From Gammaproteobacteria bacterium (GTDB lineage: Bacteria; Pseudomonadota; Gammaproteobacteria; UBA1113), in contig VFJV01000020.1 in assembly GCA_009885895.1 (NCBI GenBank), positions 1 to 39,624 of the forward strand: a DNA stretch of 39,624 nt. The letters are read 5' to 3'. Within the stretch, counting starts at the first letter, position 1. The number at the start of each line of letters is the position of its first letter. Below, one piece after another: positions 19,255 to 28,411 of this stretch. A program made the position numbers and the translations under genes. Below the pieces are notes generated by a model. That model had not been told where the DNA came from. It saw only the letters and a program-made list of their open reading frames with translations, and did not search any database.

Positions 19255-19602
19255 ATGATGACCCCTTTAGCCCATAAAAAATGTATTCCTTGCAATACAA
19301 ACAGCGTTCCGCTATCCAAAGAACAGTGCATGACTTATCTACACAAAGACGCTTCGGGTTGGACCCTAGCCAGTGACGGCAATAGCATAGAGCGGCGCAT
19401 ATCCTTTAAAAATTATTATGAAACCCTAGCTTTCGTGAATGCGCTGGCCTTTATAGCGCACCAGGAAGATCACCACCCCGATTTAGAAGTTTATTACGAC
19501 CATTGCCTTATTCGCTACAGCACACACACTGTAAGAGGATTGTCTGAAAACGATTTTATCTGCGCGGCAAAAATAAATGCGCTTTTGGGCCCCCATTCTT
19601 AA
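19255..19602 (+). CDS. phhB: Pterin-4-alpha-carbinolamine dehydratase
   Basis: FKNYYETLAFVNALAFIAHQEDHHPDLEVYYDHCLIRYSTHTVRGLSENDF matches the PCD/DCoH signature (HHPD ... TH ... GL). Confidence 0.9.
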   Translation: MMTPLAHKKCIPCNTNSVPLSKEQCMTYLHKDASGWTLASDGNSIERRISFKNYYETLAFVNALAFIAHQEDHHPDLEVYYDHCLIRYSTHTVRGLSENDFICAAKINALLGPHS

Positions 19603-20609
19603 GCCTCTGTTTCCAGGTAATCCCCAAAGCTGGCTATATTCTCGGAGCCAGGCAATTCGGGCAGCTTTTTACTTTCAATGACAGAATAATAGTATCCTTC
19701 TTTACCTGGAATTTTTTTGCCAAAATGTGAGTGAACAATCCAATCGTCTTTTTCTGAGGCAATAAATTTTTCGAAAGTTCCAAAAAATGGCAACATAGTA
19801 CCGTTTAAAATTCGCTCTACCAATTCGGCTGGAGCCTTTTGATCTTCTGCTAGATTGGCATACATGGCTAACTCTTCTTGTGTTCTAACAACCAAAACCG
19901 TGAGCTGGCCTTGTTTGTCTGCTAAAATAAAACTGCCTGTGTTTTCGCAAAGATAATGCTCCACAATATTTAATTTTTCCTTTACTTTTTCAAACACCGT
20001 TGCAAAAGCGGCATCATTCAAGATGGGCGCTGTTTTTTCAAACACAGCACTAAAAAGCGATTCGCAAATATCTAAAAAATAGGCTTTTTGCATTTCATTG
20101 ATAGCCACATTCACCTTTAACATTAAGTCTACTTCGCTTTTTAGAAAAAATTGGTCAATTTTTTTCTTATTGAATAATTTCACCGCTAAATCGTGATTGG
20201 CCTCTCCCGTAAGCATGATTATTTTGGCAAATTTATTGTTAACCTGGTTTCTTAATTGATCTATAAATTCTGTCCCCGTTAATTGAGGCATAGAAAAATC
20301 CACTACAATAACGGAAATGATATCAAAACGCTTAGCCTTTGCAAGTGCTTTTTTCAGATCTGCGGTACGCAAGGTAAAATTCTGTTCATAAGGGTCGGGC
20401 GATTCGGTGTCTGCCATCAAGTAATTGTCGGCTATAGGCATTTTTTTTGAATTTTCTATGCAATACGCCAAGGCCTTTTGGGGATCGTTAAATTTACGAC
20501 ATATTGCGTCGTCCTCTAATTGTAAATGTAGCTGCTTTAGAAAAGTTTCACTATCATCTATTAAGACACTAGTGGTAGGGTGAAATAGGGGGCTAACGAG
20601 TAAAGTCAT
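19599..20609 (-). CDS. Atypical response regulator, LqsR-like (extended receiver domain plus uncharacterised C-terminal domain)
   Basis: Acidic pair in VLIDDS (D18-D19). The putative phospho-acceptor D104 lies in VIVVDFSMPQLTG, followed by MLTGEA and FFLKS. The long insert between the acidic pocket and the acceptor Asp, and the size of about 336 aa, fit my recollection of Legionella LqsR (acceptor Asp108). It lies directly downstream of the CqsS/LqsS-like kinase. Confidence 0.55.
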   Translation of the reverse strand: MTLLVSPLFHPTTSVLIDDSETFLKQLHLQLEDDAICRKFNDPQKALAYCIENSKKMPIADNYLMADTESPDPYEQNFTLRTADLKKALAKAKRFDIISVIVVDFSMPQLTGTEFIDQLRNQVNNKFAKIIMLTGEANHDLAVKLFNKKKIDQFFLKSEVDLMLKVNVAINEMQKAYFLDICESLFSAVFEKTAPILNDAAFATVFEKVKEKLNIVEHYLCENTGSFILADKQGQLTVLVVRTQEELAMYANLAEDQKAPAELVERILNGTMLPFFGTFEKFIASEKDDWIVHSHFGKKIPGKEGYYYSVIESKKLPELPGSENIASFGDYLETEA

Positions 20610-20699
20610 AGCAATTTTCTCCGTAATGTTTCGTTAAGGGTCTCAACAATCCCAGCATTCTGGCAAGTATATGCGCGCACACAAGATAAATGCAATACC

Positions 20700-22025
20700 C
20701 TATTGTCCTTTAATGCGAGGAAAATAGAGCAAAAACTCACTGAACTCTCCTTCAACTGAATGACACTCAATACGGCCGCCCAATTCGCGCATAACCTGCG
20801 CACAAAAAGCCAAGCCTAAACCCACTTTATTCGAGTTATATCCCATAAGTTCTTGAAACAACATATCCTGCATTGCTTTAGAGATCCCTCTCCCGGTATC
20901 TTTAAAATGCAGAATATTAAAAGAGTGCTTCTCTGTTGACCCTATATCTATTTGTCCTTTGCTAGCGGCCAGTATGTAGTAGAGAGAATTCTTTAAAAGG
21001 TTCATCAAAAGATGCACAACCAAATATTCAGAGCCTATAAAAGAAAAGTCCTTCTTGTCATCCCAATGAACAAGGCTTTGTTGATCTCCAGAAAAAGGAT
21101 AGTCTTGCAAGGCTTTATGGATGCAATCGCTTATTTTAAGCACATTTTTCTCGTTTTGTTTAACAATCTGCTGCTTTACATTACAAAGCAGCATATCTAT
21201 GAATACATTGGCAAATTGTCCTTCTCTTTCTATGTCATCGGATAAAGTAGCCAGCAGTTCAAAACGTCTGGGTGGAATGATTTTTAGCCCCGGCAGATTA
21301 TTTTCCTTGGCCAATTGGTACGCAGTGAGTAGCCCCGGGAAATATTTTTTTAGACTTCCTGCTGCACCGATAATGCACGACAAAGGGGTGCGTATTTCAT
21401 GCGCAATTGCATGGCTTACGGCCTCGGCCGTTCTTAACTTTTTCTCCCTCTCCAATCGTTTCTTATTCCTAACCAGAAACCCAATTAAAATGAGAAAAAC
21501 ACTGTAAACAGCCAATATATTATAAATATTGGATGTTATTATCGGGAAAAAACCCTTTTCCAATAAAAAAATCCCTACGCTTGCCCCGATCCCTAGAAAG
21601 AGCAAAATAAACGCGATCCTTAAATCCACCAATAAGACCAACCAAAAAATAATACTGGTAAAGGCCATAAGGCGTAGCTCAGAATCGGTATTCAATAAAA
21701 ATAGGTAGCTAAAAAAGAAGGGTAAACAATACGTGAGTGTTATATACCAATACACCGGGAACCATTCCTGAGATTTTTTTGGCCATTTTTTCCTTAGCAG
21801 CAGCCCTAAACATAACAAAATGGCTATTAAACGTAGAATAAGGCTTTCTGGCCCAGCCCCTCTTTGTGTTCCAGACGGCATAAGCCAAGGAAAATAAAAT
21901 AAAGAATAATAAACCAAGCACATTATAGAAAAAGTATTAAATGGAGGATTAAAATCAGAAATACTACGCGCAAATTTTCTATTTAGCTTAGCGGCTATAT
22001 CCTTATAAGAGCTTATTTTAAACAT
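20700..22025 (-). CDS. Six-TM sensor histidine kinase, CqsS/LqsS-like (no receiver domain)
   Basis: The first ~190 aa is almost entirely membrane-embedded, with about 6 helices and a LRKKWPKK...YCLPFFFSY segment. It has the H-box SHAIAHEIRTPLS, N-box LLMNLLKNS, G1 KDTGRGIS and G2 GLGLAF. Confidence 0.6.
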   Translation of the reverse strand: MFKISSYKDIAAKLNRKFARSISDFNPPFNTFSIMCLVYYSLFYFPWLMPSGTQRGAGPESLILRLIAILLCLGLLLRKKWPKKSQEWFPVYWYITLTYCLPFFFSYLFLLNTDSELRLMAFTSIIFWLVLLVDLRIAFILLFLGIGASVGIFLLEKGFFPIITSNIYNILAVYSVFLILIGFLVRNKKRLEREKKLRTAEAVSHAIAHEIRTPLSCIIGAAGSLKKYFPGLLTAYQLAKENNLPGLKIIPPRRFELLATLSDDIEREGQFANVFIDMLLCNVKQQIVKQNEKNVLKISDCIHKALQDYPFSGDQQSLVHWDDKKDFSFIGSEYLVVHLLMNLLKNSLYYILAASKGQIDIGSTEKHSFNILHFKDTGRGISKAMQDMLFQELMGYNSNKVGLGLAFCAQVMRELGGRIECHSVEGEFSEFLLYFPRIKGQ

Positions 22026-22290
22026 GTGTACCTACGATGTGGTTATTGGCGCAGCAAGGGTGCGTTTTTTTATCAGCAGGCAGCCCAAGCTGTATTCATA
22101 CAGCCCGAAGATATAGATGAATTTCAAGCAAATTGCAAGATCCAAAGACTCGCTAAAATTTTAAAATTACTGTACACTCAAACGATAAAGGTGTTGCTGT
22201 TATTCTGGCAACGATGTCAAGGGTCTTTGGGTAAAAATTATTATGAAAAGAAAATTATCTAACTCGGGCGTAGGTTAAGAGTAAAGCTCT

Positions 22291-24195
22291 ATGTTACAAA
22301 AACACGATGAACAAAAATACTTTTTTTCTGATCACATTCAAAAAGAGAATCTTGAATATCTTGAAAGCCTTGTCCCTTATATGCCAGGCCCAATCTATTG
22401 GAAAGATAGAAATAGCGTTTATTTGGGGATGAATAAACCAGCATTGAAATCGTCAGGATTAATACATTTTTCTGATTTTGTTGGGAAAACAGAGTATGAT
22501 TTGTGGCCACAATTTGCCGATAAAATAATCAAGAATGATAAAATAGTAATCCGCACAGGCCAAGCTCTCCAGGAAGAAGGCGCAATTATGTTGCCTAACA
22601 AAGAAGTCCGATATTATACCGCAATTAAAGTTCCACTACGGGACGTAAATAACAACATTATAGGTATAATAGGGAATTATATAGACATTACTGCGCAAAA
22701 AGAAATGGAACAATTGAAAGTTGAGAATAAAATTCAGAAAAATATAGAAAAAGAACAAGAAAAATTCACCCAGCTAGCCAATAAAGTGGCGCACGATATA
22801 CGCTCTCCAACCAGCACTTTAATGATGATCTTAGATACCTGCACGCAGCTTCCGGAAGACAAGCGTATTTCCCTCAGAGATGCGGCTATTACTATAGGCG
22901 ATATTGCAAATAATCTATTACACCACTATCAACAAAGACAAACGGGAATAGTAACAGAAAACGAAGAGCGTAAACCTATCTTATTGTCTACCGTGTTGAT
23001 GGAATCCTTAAGTGCCAAAAAATACCAGTACGCAAATTTACCCCTTAAATTTGAGGCCCATTTTAAAGACGACAGCCATTTTGTGTTTATTAAAACACAC
23101 TTAACTGCCTTTAAGCGGACGATCTCAAACCTCATCAACAACGCGGTCGATGCCTTTGAGCATCGTCCCGGACAGGTAGACTTAGGCCTAGAAGCCAATA
23201 CCGAATGGGTTAAGATCGTCATTCAAGATGCGGGTAAAGGCATGTCGCCCGAATTGATCGCTAAAATCATGGATAAAACGGCCATAACCGAGGGCAAACA
23301 ATCCGGGCATGGCATAGGAATGGCGCAGGTGTGGGAAACTCTGGACAATAACCACGGAAAAATGCATATCTCATCTCTTCCTGGTAAAGGCACCAGCATC
23401 ACCCTTACTTTTCCTAGAGCAATGGCACCCGATTGGATTGCAGAAGGAATTGTCCTTGGCGAAAATGATACGGTCATTATTCTAGACGATGACACCTCCA
23501 TACACGGCGCTTGGTGCTCAAGATTTGAAGGCATCATAAAAGAACATCCCTCCGTGCAGCTTAAACATTTTCATTACGGCCAAGAAGCTTTGGATTTTAT
23601 TCAATCTTTAACGGCAGACGAAAAAAGCACTATTTTCCTGCTCTCCGATTACGAGTTGTTAATGCAAGAACTCAATGGCTTGGACGTTATAGCCAAAAGT
23701 AAAATAGACCGCTCTATTTTAGTGACTAGCCACTATATAGACCCATTGGTTCAAAATAAGGCGGCTAAAACCCGTACCAAAATTTTACCGAAGCAATTGG
23801 CTTCTGAAGTGCTGATTACCGTAATCCAAGGCGCGGCAATGGGCTTAACCAAGCGCGGCACCGAAAAAGTAGATGCCGTCATCGTCGATGACAATAAAGA
23901 ATTTATAAATGTGTTTATACTGTATGCTTTTGATGACGATGAAATAACGGAGGAATACACTAATCCAGAGCATTTTTTGGAGAATCTAAACAAGTACCCG
24001 AAAGAAACTCGGATTTATCTGGATAATAACTATGGCACGTCGAAACTAACCGGTTTAGACGTAGCAAAAACATTGCATGATCTGGGTTATACACAGCTGC
24101 ATCTCTTATCCGGGGAAGTCTTTAAGGATGCTGATATCCCAAGTTACCTTAGGCTTGTAGGGAAAAATAAGTTGGAGTCGCTTAAAAAAGGCTAA
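22291..24195 (+). CDS. PAS-domain hybrid histidine kinase with two C-terminal receiver-like domains
   Basis: PAS-like N-terminus (PGPIYWKDRNSVYLGMNK...). H-box VAHDIRSPTSTL, N-box ISNLINNAVDAF, G1 QDAGKGMS and G2 GHGIGM. The first receiver reads IILDDD...LLSDYEL...LVTS...ILPK and the second reads VIVDDN...IYLDNNY...LLSG...LVGK. Confidence 0.8.
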   Translation: MLQKHDEQKYFFSDHIQKENLEYLESLVPYMPGPIYWKDRNSVYLGMNKPALKSSGLIHFSDFVGKTEYDLWPQFADKIIKNDKIVIRTGQALQEEGAIMLPNKEVRYYTAIKVPLRDVNNNIIGIIGNYIDITAQKEMEQLKVENKIQKNIEKEQEKFTQLANKVAHDIRSPTSTLMMILDTCTQLPEDKRISLRDAAITIGDIANNLLHHYQQRQTGIVTENEERKPILLSTVLMESLSAKKYQYANLPLKFEAHFKDDSHFVFIKTHLTAFKRTISNLINNAVDAFEHRPGQVDLGLEANTEWVKIVIQDAGKGMSPELIAKIMDKTAITEGKQSGHGIGMAQVWETLDNNHGKMHISSLPGKGTSITLTFPRAMAPDWIAEGIVLGENDTVIILDDDTSIHGAWCSRFEGIIKEHPSVQLKHFHYGQEALDFIQSLTADEKSTIFLLSDYELLMQELNGLDVIAKSKIDRSILVTSHYIDPLVQNKAAKTRTKILPKQLASEVLITVIQGAAMGLTKRGTEKVDAVIVDDNKEFINVFILYAFDDDEITEEYTNPEHFLENLNKYPKETRIYLDNNYGTSKLTGLDVAKTLHDLGYTQLHLLSGEVFKDADIPSYLRLVGKNKLESLKKG

Positions 24196-24344
24196 AAATC
24201 AAATGTGTGGAGTATACACTCACAAGAGTTGGTTTTTAGGGTAGGCGCCGAGTCCTCGAGCAACAGGAGTGTAGTATTCTACATGACTGTTGCGAGATGG
24301 GCGAAGGCAACAACCCCTAAAAATCAAATGTGTGGAGTATACAC
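24192..24344. repeat. Structured palindromic intergenic element bounded by an exact 28-bp direct repeat (MITE/REP-like)
   Basis: CTAAAAATCAAATGTGTGGAGTATACAC occurs at 24192-24219 and 24317-24344. The inverted pair is TTGGTTTTTAGGG (24229-24241) / CCCTAAAAATCAA (24315-24327). An inner hairpin is GCAACAG (24260-24266) / CTGTTGC (24287-24293). A related element lies at 36496-36584. Confidence 0.7.
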
Positions 24345-27300
24345 CAGCCTGACCGCCACATGCTGCCCCAATTCATCCAACAAGGCATCGCTGGGATTAA
24401 TCTGAAAGGATTTATCTAAAGCCAATTCCGCTTTAGCCGTTTGGGTAGAAAAAACAATGCGCGTTGAGGTCGAGCCTTGATTATATTTTTCTAAAATACT
24501 CTGAATGGCTTGTAATTTCTGTGGCGAGCACTCTTTCTCGTGAAGGGCTAATTCTATATACTGCACATGAATTTGCCTAAAATCTTCTAAGCCCCATAAT
24601 TTTCTAGCCCCCATACGCAGCGCACCATTCCATTCATCTATGTTAGCATCGCCTTCTACTACCAATAAACAATCTTTTTGAATGAGAGAGCGCAATTCTT
24701 GATATAGGTCTGGGAATACGGCCACATCGATCTGCCCTGTTTCATCCGCTAACTTTACAATCGCCATGCGTTCCTGTTTTTTAGTCATGAGCACACGCAC
24801 ATCCAATACCCAGCCCGCCACCTTTTGGTAGTCGCCGCTCGATAAGGTTGCTATGCGGGTTTTAAACACCGAATCTAATTCAGAACGGTAGGCGGTGATA
24901 GGAAGTTTTGAAAAATAAAACCCAAAGCTGTTTTTTTCTGCCTGTAGGCGTTGCCTTAAATTCCAGGTGGGTACCATCGTATAGCTTATTTCAGGTTGTT
25001 CTTCTAATAATGCAAATAGACTGCCCTGCTTTCGGCTTAATTCCTGAGCTTTTTTTTCTGCCAAAGAAAGGGCTGTAGGCAGGCTTGCTAATAATACGGC
25101 GCGTTCTACTCCAAAATCATCACAGGCACCACTGTTAATTAAGGTTTCAAAAACCCTTTTATTGGTTTTCTTTAAATCTACAGAGGCGACAAAATCATAG
25201 AATGAAGAAAATTGTTTTCGATTTTTACGCGCGTGGACTATGGCCTCTATAGCCGCCTCGCCCGCGCCTTTTAATGCCCCCAAGCCGTATTCTATAGCTT
25301 GATTCTCATTGACTGTGAAGGCATACGTACTGCTGTAAATAGACGGCGGTACTACATTTAAACCCATTTGCCTGCACTCGTCGATTAACCCGGCCAATTT
25401 ATCCGTATCCTGCAATTCAGAGGTCAATACCGCCGCCATGAATTCGGCTGGATAATGCGCCTTCAACCAAGCAGTTTGATAGGCGAGTAATGCATAGGCT
25501 GCCGAGTGCGATTTATTAAAGCCGTAGCCTGCAAATTTTTCCATTAAGTCAAAGATGGCATTAGCTAATTTTTCATCTATATCGCGCTGTTTAGCACCGA
25601 CAATAAAGATTTCTCGTTGTTGAGCCATTTCTTCTGGCTTCTTCTTACCCATGGCGCGACGCAATAAATCAGCACCACCCAAAGTATAGTTTGCCAACAC
25701 TTGCGCTATTTGCATAACCTGTTCTTGATATAAAATAATACCGTAGGTGGGTTTTAATACCGGCAATAAATCGGGGTGTTGGTAGGCTACTTCGGCAATA
25801 CCCTGTTTTCGGTTGATAAAGTCTTCAACCATACCCGATTGCAATGGGCCAGGCCTAAATAAAGCCACCAAGGCGATGATATCTTCAAAGCAATCTGGTT
25901 TTAAGCGTTTCACGATATCTTTCATCCCACGCGATTCCAACTGAAATACGGCCGTGGTTTGACATTTTTGTAATAAGGAAAACGTTGCCTCATCACTTAA
26001 ATCGATCAGCGCGATGTCTAATAAAGTGCCTTGGTTTTTACGTTGCTGCGTGTGTATCGCTTCTAAAGCCCATTTGATAATGGTTAAGGTTCTTAATCCT
26101 AAAAAATCGTATTTTACCAAACCCACCGCTTCTACATCGTCTTTATCGTATTGTGTTACCCAAGCATCGCTGCCCGCTTCACAATAGATTGGTGCAAAAT
26201 CACTGATCTGCGAGGGTGCAATCACCACCCCACCCGCATGTTTACCGGCATTGCGCACAGTACCTTCTAATACCAAAGCAAGTTCAATTAATGCACGTAC
26301 ATCGTCTTCTTCTTCATAGCGTAGGCGTAATATTTCTTCTTGTGCTAAGGCTTTTTCCAAGGTAATCCCCAATTCAAAGGGAATCAGTTTTGCCAGGGTA
26401 TCGACAAAACCATAGGGATAACCCAATACACGCCCCACATCGCGTATAACAGCTTTTGCTGCCATCGTGCCATAGGTGATTATTTGCGACACACTGTGAC
26501 GACCATAACGGCTAGCGACATAGTCTATAACCCTATCGCGTCCTTCCATACAAAAATCTACGTCAAAGTCGGGCATGGAGACACGTTCAGGGTTTAGGAA
26601 ACGCTCGAATAATAAATCATATTTTAAAGGATCTAGATCGGTAATGCCTATGCAATACGCTACCAAAGAACCCGGGCCCGAGCCACGTCCAGGCCCTACC
26701 GGCACATCATTGTTTTTTGCCCAGTTGATAAAATCGGCTACAATTAAAAAATAACCGGTATAACCCATACCGTTGATCACCGATAATTCGCGCTCTAAGC
26801 GTTCATCATAGTCTAGATGCTGTAAATTTCCATCATTAAACGCCGTAATGGCAGCCCAGCGATCGGCTAAACCTGTTTTAGCCATATGCTCCAGATAACG
26901 CTCCGTCGTAAAACCCTCTGGTATAGGGTAATGCGGTAAATGATATTCCCCCAAGGCAATGTGTAGATTGCAGCGCTTAGCAATTTCAACGCTGTTGCTT
27001 AAGGCCGAAGGACAGGCTTCAAATAATTTTCCCATCTCTACTTCGGTGCGCAAATATTGTTGAGGCGTATAATGGCGCACGCGTTTGGGATCGGCTAGCA
27101 ACGATCCTTCACTGATACACACTCTTGCCTCATGGGCTTCGTATTGTTGAGCCGTTAAAAAACGCACTTTGTTGGTAGCCACTAGAGGAACTTGGCATAT
27201 TGCCGCCAATTGAATGACTTCGTTTAAATAATAGTCTTCATCGGCAACGCCTATTTTATGCACTTCTAGGTAGTAGCGATCGCCAAACACGCTACGCCAA

Positions 27301-27803
27301 TAGAGAATGGATCCTTTAGCCGCAATCAAATCTTTTTTTAAGATGTGCTGTCCCACATCGCCCGTTATGCCGCCGGAGAGTACGATAAGCCCTTCATTGC
27401 GTGTTTTAAGCCAATCAAGTGCTATACCCGGTTTACCTAACACAACTTGACCTTGATTGTACGCACTAGAAACCAAATGTATTAAATTACGGTAACCGAT
27501 ATTATTTTGACACAATACCGTTAAATTGGTGGGGACTTCAGACTGCTTTGATTTTGCTTGTTTACTCTCAGTACTTAAAGTGGGATAACAGTCTATATCA
27601 CAACCTATGATCGGCTTAACGCCATTTTTCAATGCTTTATTATAGAATTTAATCGTCGCAAATAAATTATTTAAATCGGTGATGGCCAATGCGGGGATCT
27701 TCATTTCAGCACAGGTTTCAAATAGCGCATCCAAATGACATAAGCCGTCTTTTAAAGAATAATCCGTGTGTAAATTAAGATGCACATAGGAAGGTGGTTT
27801 CAT
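24324..27803 (-). CDS. dnaE: DNA polymerase III alpha subunit
   Basis: 1159 aa with a PHP domain start ([15 protein letters not shown]), a polymerase core ([21 protein letters not shown]) and an OB-fold tail. ATGA overlap with the rnhB stop. Confidence 0.97.
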   Translation of the reverse strand: MKPPSYVHLNLHTDYSLKDGLCHLDALFETCAEMKIPALAITDLNNLFATIKFYNKALKNGVKPIIGCDIDCYPTLSTESKQAKSKQSEVPTNLTVLCQNNIGYRNLIHLVSSAYNQGQVVLGKPGIALDWLKTRNEGLIVLSGGITGDVGQHILKKDLIAAKGSILYWRSVFGDRYYLEVHKIGVADEDYYLNEVIQLAAICQVPLVATNKVRFLTAQQYEAHEARVCISEGSLLADPKRVRHYTPQQYLRTEVEMGKLFEACPSALSNSVEIAKRCNLHIALGEYHLPHYPIPEGFTTERYLEHMAKTGLADRWAAITAFNDGNLQHLDYDERLERELSVINGMGYTGYFLIVADFINWAKNNDVPVGPGRGSGPGSLVAYCIGITDLDPLKYDLLFERFLNPERVSMPDFDVDFCMEGRDRVIDYVASRYGRHSVSQIITYGTMAAKAVIRDVGRVLGYPYGFVDTLAKLIPFELGITLEKALAQEEILRLRYEEEDDVRALIELALVLEGTVRNAGKHAGGVVIAPSQISDFAPIYCEAGSDAWVTQYDKDDVEAVGLVKYDFLGLRTLTIIKWALEAIHTQQRKNQGTLLDIALIDLSDEATFSLLQKCQTTAVFQLESRGMKDIVKRLKPDCFEDIIALVALFRPGPLQSGMVEDFINRKQGIAEVAYQHPDLLPVLKPTYGIILYQEQVMQIAQVLANYTLGGADLLRRAMGKKKPEEMAQQREIFIVGAKQRDIDEKLANAIFDLMEKFAGYGFNKSHSAAYALLAYQTAWLKAHYPAEFMAAVLTSELQDTDKLAGLIDECRQMGLNVVPPSIYSSTYAFTVNENQAIEYGLGALKGAGEAAIEAIVHARKNRKQFSSFYDFVASVDLKKTNKRVFETLINSGACDDFGVERAVLLASLPTALSLAEKKAQELSRKQGSLFALLEEQPEISYTMVPTWNLRQRLQAEKNSFGFYFSKLPITAYRSELDSVFKTRIATLSSGDYQKVAGWVLDVRVLMTKKQERMAIVKLADETGQIDVAVFPDLYQELRSLIQKDCLLVVEGDANIDEWNGALRMGARKLWGLEDFRQIHVQYIELALHEKECSPQKLQAIQSILEKYNQGSTSTRIVFSTQTAKAELALDKSFQINPSDALLDELGQHVAVRLVYTPHI

Positions 27804-28408
27804 ACCAGAAGCAACGCGGCTTTAACGGGGGCAAAACTGCGTCTATGTATAGCAGAGGGGCCATGTTGTAACAAAGCTTGTCTATGCCGTAGCGTTCCGT
27901 AACCCATATGCTGATTAAAACCATACTCTGGAAATTTTTCATGATAATCCATCATTTTTTGATCGCGATAGACTTTAGCCACGATCGATGCCGCAGAAAT
28001 AGCGGGCACTTTTTGATCGCCAGCAATTATAGCATGGCTTTTATAGGACCATTTTGGGCAGCGATTCCCATCAACCAATACCAGGGTAGGTTGTAAACTC
28101 AATGCCTCTACCGCGCGATGCATCGCCAATAAAGAGGCTTGCAAAATATTTAAGCGGTCTATCTCTTCGACTTCAGCCCAACCTATGGCAAAAGCCAACG
28201 CTTTGTCTCGAATTTCAAGATCTAAATACCGTCTTTTACTAGGGCTTAATTGTTTAGAATCTTTCAAGCCTACAATCAGTGCTGCCCGGTCTAAAATAAC
28301 CGCTGCCGCCACCACGGGACCCGCCAAAGGTCCACGCCCCACTTCGTCTACACCCGCAATGTACACGTCCGGATTGTCGATTCCAAATTGCGCCAAATCC
28401 ATGCTCAT
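27800..28408 (-). CDS. rnhB: Ribonuclease HII
   Basis: [19 protein letters not shown] and DSKQLS motifs. rnhB-dnaE synteny. Confidence 0.93.
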   Translation of the reverse strand: MSMDLAQFGIDNPDVYIAGVDEVGRGPLAGPVVAAAVILDRAALIVGLKDSKQLSPSKRRYLDLEIRDKALAFAIGWAEVEEIDRLNILQASLLAMHRAVEALSLQPTLVLVDGNRCPKWSYKSHAIIAGDQKVPAISAASIVAKVYRDQKMMDYHEKFPEYGFNQHMGYGTLRHRQALLQHGPSAIHRRSFAPVKAALLLV

Positions 28409-28411
28409 TTT

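Noticed and set aside
22026-22262. 78-aa ORF filling the divergent intergenic region between the two kinase genes.
   Set aside because: It has a GTG start directly abutting the start codon of the opposite gene and no SD. The region is AT-rich promoter DNA, so the ORF is most likely spurious, although a small regulatory peptide cannot be excluded.
24192-24344. Possible CRISPR-like repeat (28-bp exact direct repeat with a spacer of about 97 bp).
   Set aside because: There are only two copies, and the spacer is far longer than CRISPR spacers and is itself palindromic. There are no cas genes, and the repeats overlap two coding 3' ends.
24205-24405. 66-aa ORF on the + strand spanning the palindromic element and the dnaE 3' end.
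   Set aside because: It lies within the structured repeat and overlaps dnaE antisense. It has no ribosome-binding site, and its sequence is explained by the repeat.
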